Shown: positions 57,408 through 64,000 of the stretch, piece after piece
Numbering within the stretch: the first letter of the stretch is position 1
Layout: each line of letters starts with the position of its first letter
From: a virus
Lineage: Duplodnaviria > Caudoviricetes
Strand: one strand, 5' to 3'
Length of the DNA stretch: 64,000 nt
IMG/VR virus record: IMGVR_UViG_3300022666_000296
Span: 634 to 64,633 of that record
The notes under the pieces: model-generated
Told to the model about the DNA's origin: nothing
The model's input: only the letters and a program-made list of their open reading frames with translations
Database searches by the model: none
Position numbers and translations under genes: made by a program

Positions 57408-57599
57408 CTACAAGTGAGCCGTCACCGGTCCCAGCGCCACAATCCCCGGCTGCGGTATCGCCATCACTGTAGGCTCATACCCAAACCGCTCCCGGAAGCG
57501 ACGGCGCGCCTCAGCTTCACTGCCGGCCCACCACCACAGCAACTGCCCAGACTCCTGGCGGGATGGCCCATTCTCCGTTACCTCGACTGGCTCGCTCAT
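57408..57599 (-). CDS. Hypothetical protein
   Basis: 63 aa; ATGA overlap. Confidence 0.5.
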   Translation of the reverse strand: MSEPVEVTENGPSRQESGQLLWWWAGSEAEARRRFRERFGYEPTVMAIPQPGIVALGPVTAHL

Positions 57600-57985
57600 A
57601 AATCCACCATTACCTTACTAATAATGTGCGCCACCCTGACGGCTGCGTTCTGTTTTACCATACGCAGACCCTCGGCTTGTTCGACAGCGCGATTGAAATC
57701 GTCGAACACATAGAGCGCCTGCCATTTACCTCGAATCATAGCCTCGACAATAAATTGCTCCTGACCTAACATCACGAGCTGATGTAGAGAGATCCGATCG
57801 TAGATGGCTCGTGCAGCCTGGCGATTGTCACGCATTGCTTGTATCTCGCTGGCGGACCATCCCCCGATGCGGTCCGTCTCTGTCGGTACAGGCGGCAATG
57901 TTAAACCATGCGCTTGGGCATACAAGCAGTCTTTCTCATAATCCACCAGGTCAATCAAGTGCGGTTCAAACCGTTCCCGTCTCAT
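57596..57985 (-). CDS. Hypothetical protein
   Basis: AGGAG RBS before ATG 57985 (MRRERFEPH). Confidence 0.55.
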   Translation of the reverse strand: MRRERFEPHLIDLVDYEKDCLYAQAHGLTLPPVPTETDRIGGWSASEIQAMRDNRQAARAIYDRISLHQLVMLGQEQFIVEAMIRGKWQALYVFDDFNRAVEQAEGLRMVKQNAAVRVAHIISKVMVDL

Positions 57986-58001
57986 TGCACTACTCCTTGA
58001 T

Positions 58002-58226
58002 CTAGTCCGGCCAGTCTGCCCCGCATTTAGGGCAGACGGTGAAAAACATCCCATCACGCTCGAACCCTCCCCACAGCGGGTCATCGGCGTTCTCACGATA
58101 CCAACCACAACACGGACACGCCCGGCCCAAATCCACCTTCTCGCGCACCACTTCCAGATATGCCGCAATTTGCATGAGCGGATCTACTTCCTCTGGTACA
58201 CCACCTACAGACATCCCGCGCGTCAT
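58002..58226 (-). CDS. Small Zn-ribbon protein
   Basis: CPCC...CPKC; GGAGG RBS. Confidence 0.6.
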   Translation of the reverse strand: MTRGMSVGGVPEEVDPLMQIAAYLEVVREKVDLGRACPCCGWYRENADDPLWGGFERDGMFFTVCPKCGADWPD

Positions 58227-58246
58227 AGTCCACCTCCCTTGCTTTT

Positions 58247-58275
58247 AGTTCTGCTAAGAAATAGTTATCAGCACT
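58247..58275. repeat. dif-like site S14 AGTTCTGCTAA-GAAATAG-TTATCAGCACT
   Basis: Intergenic; right arm shares 16 bp with 3654-3669 near int. Confidence 0.85.
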
Positions 58276-58672
58276 ATTGTGCCAATCTCACTGCCGACCA
58301 TAATCGCTCTGCGGCACGGACGTACTCCCATTCCTGCCCACCTTTGTTGATGAACAACCGCTCTCCGGTGAGCATCTCCACCACCTGCCCGTCGCGAATC
58401 TCCAGATACCGCCGCTCATTGCTGCGTGCTAACGTCAGTACAAAGCGTGAGCCCTCACTCCAATTGCCCAGAAGCGCCGTGAAACAGAAATCCCACCAAC
58501 TGAAGTACACGCCCAGCCACGTTCGGTACAAACCGGATGAATCGAAAACCATTTGCACGGTCATACTCTCGAAGTGCATTTGTGGACGCGCTACATTCGG
58601 CTTTGCTTTTGTGCCGGGGTTATCATCCCACACCGGGAATTCGTATGCTCTCGTACCCGTTAAACGCAACAT
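58274..58672 (-). CDS. Hypothetical protein
   Basis: GGAG RBS before ATG 58672. Confidence 0.55.
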   Translation of the reverse strand: MLRLTGTRAYEFPVWDDNPGTKAKPNVARPQMHFESMTVQMVFDSSGLYRTWLGVYFSWWDFCFTALLGNWSEGSRFVLTLARSNERRYLEIRDGQVVEMLTGERLFINKGGQEWEYVRAAERLWSAVRLAQ

Positions 58673-58688
58673 TGCTCTTGCTCCGCTG

Positions 58689-58817
58689 CTACATACCATA
58701 GAGCACTGTCGCTACGGTTACGACTACGATTGCGGTCAGAAACGCCAGACACTGCACGAGACAACCAACACGGTCGCGGAGCGGCAAATCATGCAAATTC
58801 TCGAGTAACCCTATCAT
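58689..58817 (-). CDS. 42-aa single-TM peptide (MIGLLENLHDL...), not in the ORF track
   Basis: GAGG RBS; hydrophobic C-terminal half. Confidence 0.45.
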   Translation of the reverse strand: MIGLLENLHDLPLRDRVGCLVQCLAFLTAIVVVTVATVLYGM

Positions 58818-58818
58818 C

Positions 58819-59181
58819 TCAGTCCTCGCCGATCACTGTGAATGTGCGCCGCGCCGCCTCGCCGCGCCACTCTGCCGGCAGGGCTGCCGGCAATGAAGGC
58901 TGATACGGCAACGCCTGTCCCCCGGCAACGATAATGACCGGTGGCTGCTGTACTTGAGTGTGGCGCGAGGCGCCTGCCTCGCGCCACTTCAACGCAAACC
59001 AGCCAACCGCTAGGATCAACGCCACTGGGACCATACCCACTGCGCAACCAAACAGCATGCCGCCAGCGAGGCTCAACGTCTCATTCGAGAGCTCCGCAAC
59101 CCGCTGTCCGATCAGTGCCCCGGCAACAATCGCGAACAGTCCGCCTACCAGACCCAGAAACGTGAGAAATCGTTCTTTCAT
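58819..59181 (-). CDS. Membrane protein (2 TM)
   Basis: Two hydrophobic helices, Pro-rich tail; directly downstream of the FtsK-like gene. Confidence 0.65.
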   Translation of the reverse strand: MKERFLTFLGLVGGLFAIVAGALIGQRVAELSNETLSLAGGMLFGCAVGMVPVALILAVGWFALKWREAGASRHTQVQQPPVIIVAGGQALPYQPSLPAALPAEWRGEAARRTFTVIGED

Positions 59182-59204
59182 GGTTCCTCCAATTACTACT
59201 ACTA

Positions 59205-60536
59205 CTACGCTGCCGCCCCAGACTTGTTGAAAAATGTCGGCAGGGAGAACCGCTTTTTTGTAGTAGTAGTAGCACTCTCATCGTGTGCTGTCATCCAGTC
59301 CAACGCCTGCTCGACTCGCGTTGTGGCCGCTCCCCCGGCGTAACCGCACAACGCAATCTCGCGTTGTCGGTTCGATCGGAATGGCGCCCCATTCTGCTGT
59401 TCTAGCGCCAGTAGTTTCGCCGCATCGATAGCAGCCTGTGCAGCTGCTTCCACTTCCACCGGCGCTTCTGGCAACGTCAGCTCCGGCGCAATCTTTGCCT
59501 CTGCCGCAACTTTGTCTAGCTCTATCCGTGCGTCCTGCTCGCTAATGAACGCTACTTGGAACCGCAATGCCGCCGTACCTCCGCCAACAGCCATGAAGTC
59601 TCCACGCCCGTTCAAACTCTCTGCACCAGACTGACCACGTCCCGTCGCGATGCGCGCATCCTCCGCCGAGACCACCTTTCCCACCAAGCGCAACGGGAAG
59701 TTCGCCCGCATCAAACCGCTCAGTACGGCGGCGCTGGGACGCTGTGTCGCCGCCACTAGGTGAATCCCAGCCTCTCGCCCTCGCTGCACCAACCGTGTCA
59801 GTAGCGCCTCGATGCCATCACCCGTCATGACCAAATCAGCTAACTCGTCCACCAGCACTACAATGCGTGGCAAATGCTCACCTTGGCGATCGCGCACTTC
59901 CATCAACCGTGTGAGGGAACGCAACGATTCGCGGACCTCTACAGGCTCCACAATCATCTGCCGGAGCAAATGCGGTGTATCCGTGAGCGCGCGGAATGCG
60001 CGCCCCTTCGGATCGAAACACATCAGCCGCACCTCGGTGGGCGCCTGGCCCAATGCCAGCGAGACTGCTATGGTGCGCAGCAGCACCGTCTTGCCGCTGC
60101 CGGTCGTCCCACTGATGAGCACATGCGCTACATCGGGTGATGCGAGACGCGCCAGCAGGGGCGCGCCATCATCAGTCGAACCCAACAATGCCGTTGCTGC
60201 TGGCAATGGCTGCAGATCCGCCCACATCCCCATAAACGTTACTGGACGGGGTTCTGGATTGGGAATCTCGATAATCAATCCCTGCGCCGTTTTCTCAAAG
60301 CGCACCGACGTGACCTTGAGTGCCAACGCCAGATCGTCGGCCAGCGCCGTGATGGCAGCCATCCGCACTTGTGGCGCCAGATCCAGGGTAAAGCGGATCA
60401 GGCGTGGACCAATCGTGCCACCGGTGACCCGCGCTGGTGCGCGGTGATTCAACAGCACCCTTTCCAACTCATCTGCCTGATGCTCCAAATACTGCCGCAA
60501 CATCCTTGTCATTTCCCCACCTCCCTGCTTTGTCAT
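59205..60536 (-). CDS. FtsK/SpoIIIE-family DNA translocase-like ATPase
   Basis: HVLISGTTGSGKT, FDPKG, VLVDELADL, GREAGIHLVAATQRP; alpha-domain-like N-terminus; no TM. Confidence 0.9.
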   Translation of the reverse strand: MTKQGGGEMTRMLRQYLEHQADELERVLLNHRAPARVTGGTIGPRLIRFTLDLAPQVRMAAITALADDLALALKVTSVRFEKTAQGLIIEIPNPEPRPVTFMGMWADLQPLPAATALLGSTDDGAPLLARLASPDVAHVLISGTTGSGKTVLLRTIAVSLALGQAPTEVRLMCFDPKGRAFRALTDTPHLLRQMIVEPVEVRESLRSLTRLMEVRDRQGEHLPRIVVLVDELADLVMTGDGIEALLTRLVQRGREAGIHLVAATQRPSAAVLSGLMRANFPLRLVGKVVSAEDARIATGRGQSGAESLNGRGDFMAVGGGTAALRFQVAFISEQDARIELDKVAAEAKIAPELTLPEAPVEVEAAAQAAIDAAKLLALEQQNGAPFRSNRQREIALCGYAGGAATTRVEQALDWMTAHDESATTTTKKRFSLPTFFNKSGAAA

Positions 60537-61216
60537 GCCCACCCGGGCGTTTTCTTTACAGTCACACTCTCAATTTCCTCTGCACACCAATACCAGTGCG
60601 ACGGTATCTCCTCCGAGGTCCCCACGTGCACCTTCTCGATGCGCACCACGTGCGGAATCCAAATCGAGTCGCCTTCCACCGTGAGAAAATGCTCATCACC
60701 GCTGCCGGCATATCGCACTTCGTAGAACATCTTCTCATCTTCGCCAAACCAAACCTTGTAAAACGTGAATGGCTTGAATGCGGCTGCCTGCAGCGCGTCC
60801 CTTCTCTTCCGCCACTGCTCATTCACCTGTGCCCGCGCTAGCCAGCGCGCCACATGCTCGCGTCCCTCCTCAGGGTATTGCGGGCATTTCCACAAATAGC
60901 CTTCACTAGGCCGCAAATGCACCCGCGTGACCTCGCCACCCTCAAAACTGAATCCACTGAGCGCCACGCAAAACGTTTCACCGAACGCATGCAGATACAC
61001 ACAGAAGCCATTCTCGCCAACGTCATCCACGAATTCAGCCTCCAGCGCCGTCAACTCTGCCGCACTCAAAGCTAAGAACTGCGCCACGGCCTTTAGCGCT
61101 CGGGGCTGTGCCGCAGCGCGCAGTTGCTCCAGCTGCGCAGCTTCAGTCGCGCGCGCATAGGACTCATCCGCCAAAATCCGTTTTCCCACCTCTAGCAATT
61201 CCCTCAACGCCACCAT
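60533..61216 (-). CDS. Hypothetical protein
   Basis: GAGGAGG RBS before ATG 61216. Confidence 0.6.
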   Translation of the reverse strand: MVALRELLEVGKRILADESYARATEAAQLEQLRAAAQPRALKAVAQFLALSAAELTALEAEFVDDVGENGFCVYLHAFGETFCVALSGFSFEGGEVTRVHLRPSEGYLWKCPQYPEEGREHVARWLARAQVNEQWRKRRDALQAAAFKPFTFYKVWFGEDEKMFYEVRYAGSGDEHFLTVEGDSIWIPHVVRIEKVHVGTSEEIPSHWYWCAEEIESVTVKKTPGWA

Positions 61217-61331
61217 CGCTGACCTCCTCACTTGAAATTCACTTTTAACCATGCTATCATTACAGATAGGACACCCTCAACATCATTGTCCTGGCCCCCG
61301 GCCCGGCGAACCCCACCCGCCGGGCCCTTGT

Positions 61332-61553
61332 TTACCAACTCAACAGCCGCTTCACCCATGCCTCATCCGTCAACGGAAGGCGCGGTTTGCTTGATTCTGA
61401 TTGCTGCTTTTTCCGCGGCTTCACCACAATCCGCAACTCAGTCGGAGCTTCCCCTTTGCACTTTGAGCAGATCGCCGGTGCACTAGCGTTCTCCACGTTG
61501 ACCACCCCTACCACCTGTCGACACACTGGGCAAACCCACGCCGTGACTGCCAT
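61332..61553 (-). CDS. Small Zn-ribbon protein
   Basis: WVCPVC...CSKC. Confidence 0.6.
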   Translation of the reverse strand: MAVTAWVCPVCRQVVGVVNVENASAPAICSKCKGEAPTELRIVVKPRKKQQSESSKPRLPLTDEAWVKRLLSW

Positions 61554-61563
61554 GTTTCCCTCA

Positions 61564-61749
61564 TCACCCGTGCAGCACTGCGCGTGCGTGTTCCAGCCGC
61601 GCTGGATCATTCGGTTTCTCCACCAACATCGCTAGCGCATGCATCAGGTCGTCCTGACGCCCCAACCCCAATGCACACCCCAGAATCACACCGCCTAACA
61701 GCGCTGCCGCGCTTACCAGTGCCATCACCACAATGCTAACCATTGCCAT
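61564..61749 (-). CDS. Small single-TM protein
   Basis: AGGAGG RBS; hydrophobic N-terminus. Confidence 0.55.
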   Translation of the reverse strand: MAMVSIVVMALVSAAALLGGVILGCALGLGRQDDLMHALAMLVEKPNDPARLEHARAVLHG

Positions 61750-62032
61750 TCCTCCTGTTGTACTGTCGAACATACTCAGGATGTTGCATCCGTCGCAGTG
61801 CCCGTGTGATGATCGCATGGGCGCGTCCATCACTGACCTTCCATAGCGCCGCGCACTCGTGCAAGGTGCGTCGTACCTGCCCGCCGGGCGTGTACCGCGC
61901 CCGCAGCACCTCCGCGATCTGCCGTTCGGCCCGCCCCCGGCCAGCGGCAGACGCACATGCCCAGAACACATTTAGATCGCATGGGCTCGACAAACCAAGA
62001 TCAATATCCAGTGGTGATAAAGACATGCTCAT
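61736..62032 (-). CDS. Stand-alone sigma70 region-4-like HTH protein
   Basis: LRARY...RTLHECAALWKVSDGRAHAIITRALRRMQHP resembles the RpoD C-terminal RTLEEV...KALRKLRHP. Confidence 0.65.
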   Translation of the reverse strand: MSMSLSPLDIDLGLSSPCDLNVFWACASAAGRGRAERQIAEVLRARYTPGGQVRRTLHECAALWKVSDGRAHAIITRALRRMQHPEYVRQYNRRNGNG

Positions 62033-62035
62033 GCT

Positions 62036-62064
62036 TCCTCCGCTAACAAACGCTTAGCAGCACT
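62036..62064. repeat. dif-like site S15 TCCTCCGCTAA-CAAACGC-TTAGCAGCACT
   Basis: Overlaps the stop codon of the second tyrosine recombinase. Confidence 0.85.
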
Positions 62065-63322
62065 ATTCCGCCATCAACTTCATCTGCCGGCTGGCGATTT
62101 CGGCGAACACATCCGCAGCCCGCGCATCCTCGGGCTCATCCAACACCGCACGCGAATAAATCTCCGTGATGGCAATCGAACTGTGGCCCAGGATTTCTTT
62201 TAGCTCATACACATCCGCGCCCTTCTGGCGACGCAGCCGCGCACCTGCATGCCGTAGCCCGTGCGAGTGTAACTTCTCCTCCGCCACATCCGCCTTCCTT
62301 CCATAGCGCTTCAACAGTTCATTCACCTGCCGCGGCGAAAGCGGCTGCGCCTCGCGGTCGTAGTCCACCATGTGCGGCAACCGTGTCGCGGTGTCGCGCA
62401 ACGCTACGAAGATGAAATCCCGTTCCCCCAACGGATAGCGCCCAACTGCCTTGAGATAGCGCACCATCAAGCGCCATAGTTCTCCAGGCAGTTTCTGCCG
62501 GTGGGTTTTTCCGCCCTTCTGCGTGATCTCGAACCACCGTCCCGTCTCTCCCTCGTGGATGTCGCCCCAGCGCAGATTCACCCACTCACTCACCCTGCGT
62601 GTGGTAATGAACATTCCCAGCAACAGCGCCATATCGCGCAACCCCTGTGGGCGATCCATGGGGATCGCGGCGAAGATGCGCCGCACCTCATCACTCGTCG
62701 GGAACTCGCGCCGTCCAAACGCCTTTACCCGGCGCTTGATGACGGCATTCACAGGATTCTGCCCCGTGAATAACGGCACCTCACGCCCGTCGCGTTCAAT
62801 GGGATAGTTGCGATTGCAGAAACTGTAGAAGCTTGAGATGGCTGCCAGCATTTGATTGATACTGGCCTCACTCAGTGGGCCGGTTCCGAAGAGCATCCGG
62901 GTACACGCCGCGCAGGCGCGGAAACCCAACTTCTCTGCCACATCTGGCGCGGTTTCCGTGGGCATACCTGTGTGCGCCATGCGACAGGAAGGATGGTGAT
63001 ACACGTGTCCGCCCAGCAGCACCTTGCCCGTGTATGGATCTCCAGCAAGACGCAACGACTGTGCCCAACGCTCCACATCCGATGTGCGGATCAACCATGG
63101 CGCCTTTCCGGTGAATTTCAGGAGCGCCTCCCAGGCTGCCCGATACGCCCGCCGGGTATTCTCAGACTTACGTGATGCCAGCCATAACGCCGCCGCTCCA
63201 GCCCATTGCTCTGCCGTGGTCTGTTCTGGATCCGCTACCGCTGCCGGTGCCTCTGCCGCTGACGCCAGCATCAGCCTGGTCTCATCCACTACCACACCCC
63301 GCTCACCCCAGTTCGCGTGCAT
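62063..63322 (-). CDS. Second tyrosine recombinase with inserted Ada-like Zn-binding domain
   Basis: R (TTRRVSE), K (QKGGK), HGLRH, LGHSS...TEIY all intact; insert HVYHHPSC...LGFRACAAC. Confidence 0.9.
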   Translation of the reverse strand: MHANWGERGVVVDETRLMLASAAEAPAAVADPEQTTAEQWAGAAALWLASRKSENTRRAYRAAWEALLKFTGKAPWLIRTSDVERWAQSLRLAGDPYTGKVLLGGHVYHHPSCRMAHTGMPTETAPDVAEKLGFRACAACTRMLFGTGPLSEASINQMLAAISSFYSFCNRNYPIERDGREVPLFTGQNPVNAVIKRRVKAFGRREFPTSDEVRRIFAAIPMDRPQGLRDMALLLGMFITTRRVSEWVNLRWGDIHEGETGRWFEITQKGGKTHRQKLPGELWRLMVRYLKAVGRYPLGERDFIFVALRDTATRLPHMVDYDREAQPLSPRQVNELLKRYGRKADVAEEKLHSHGLRHAGARLRRQKGADVYELKEILGHSSIAITEIYSRAVLDEPEDARAADVFAEIASRQMKLMAE

Positions 63323-63552
63323 TACCGTCCTCCTACATCCTCAGGGCGCACTGGAGCGCCAACCGATGCCAGCAACCAGGCGATGCGTTGCAACTCGTGC
63401 AGCGCCTGCGCCTGGCGGCGCACCGTCTCAGTTCGGTCTAGCGTTACGCCCTGCACCAGCGGCGTCAGCGCCCGCAACCCACGCACTGCCGCTTCAGCTG
63501 CCTGGTCACGGACCTCCATCGCCGCATTAGGCCACGGGCGTCTTTCTGTCAT
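63322..63552 (-). CDS. Hypothetical protein
   Basis: GGGAGG RBS; translationally coupled on both sides. Confidence 0.55.
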   Translation of the reverse strand: MTERRPWPNAAMEVRDQAAEAAVRGLRALTPLVQGVTLDRTETVRRQAQALHELQRIAWLLASVGAPVRPEDVGGR

Positions 63553-63860
63553 CACCGTCCCTCCCGTGCGAGTTCCTGCGCCCGGCGACGCGCCTGCACA
63601 TGCCGCCACCACGAACCCAACACCATCCAGAAGCCCGACGCAGAAAAAGCGCCCAGCGCTAACAGCGCTGCGCGCCATTCGATCACCGCTACACCCAGCA
63701 GCGTCACCAGCGTTCCCACTACCACCAGAATCGCCACGTAACCTTCATCGTAGCCGCGGCTCTCTGCCCACGCTACCACCAGGTTGTACACAAACCCGAA
63801 TGCGAACAGAACTCCCCAAACCAACCCGATGCGCGCCCAATCCAGTCCCGATGTCATCAT
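63552..63860 (-). CDS. Membrane protein (3 TM)
   Basis: Three hydrophobic helices; ATGA overlap with the upstream gene. Confidence 0.65.
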   Translation of the reverse strand: MMTSGLDWARIGLVWGVLFAFGFVYNLVVAWAESRGYDEGYVAILVVVGTLVTLLGVAVIEWRAALLALGAFSASGFWMVLGSWWRHVQARRRAQELAREGR

Positions 63861-64000
63861 GCGTCCTGTTCCTCTACACTGGAATTGGAATTGGCGAACC
63901 TTAAAATCTCCGCATCCACGCGCCGCTCATACTCGATGGCGCGTAGCGCCGCGGCCCATGTTCTATCATGCTTTGAATCCTTTTGCGCCTCGCGCATCGC
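63857..64000 (-). CDS. 3' part of a gene entering from the right edge (AMREAQKDSKHDRTW...EEQDA)
   Basis: 48 open codons from nt 64000; its stop overlaps the next ATG; in frame with the ORF at 1-27 if circular. Confidence 0.55.
   Translation of the reverse strand, partial: AMREAQKDSKHDRTWAAALRAIEYERRVDAEILRFANSNSSVEEQDA

Noticed and set aside
3290-62064. Palindromic sites as integron attC sites, shufflon sites or terminators
   Set aside because: They are only 29 bp with no long attC stem, no inverted partial ORFs lie beside them, and they have no U-tracts. Two of them (S2, S11) sit next to separate true terminators.

Overview
The window is a complete or nearly complete temperate siphophage genome in excised, circularly permuted form. 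Evidence: attP with the 3' half of tRNA-Pro(CGG) sits intact beside the integrase at 3.4 kb, and the leftward gene starting at nt 27 continues in frame at nt 64000. The host is probably Chloroflexota (inference from Pro/Thr linkers, a C-terminal 'LWLPMI' motif and the endolysin architecture). Layout: immunity switch (XRE repressor, three GTTGGC-N4-GCCAAC operators); cargo (Mrr-like nuclease, MmeI-like R-M, membrane proteins); tail, head and packaging genes (HK97 capsid, portal-MuF, TerL); lysis; DNA modification; primase-helicase; ParA/RHH partition; FtsK-like ATPase; and a second intact tyrosine recombinase carrying an inserted Ada-like Zn finger. The most striking unexplained signal is a family of about 15 dif/lox-like sites, consensus AGTNCTGCTAA-N7-TTAGCGGNACT. 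They lie at gene junctions every 1-7 kb around the genome, each has a different spacer, and one abuts the stop codon of the second recombinase. This is a candidate phage-encoded module-exchange or genome-organisation system. Family assignments come from motif recognition by eye; no database searches were run. Several starts were moved from the ORF track to ATGs with a ribosome-binding site (RBS).
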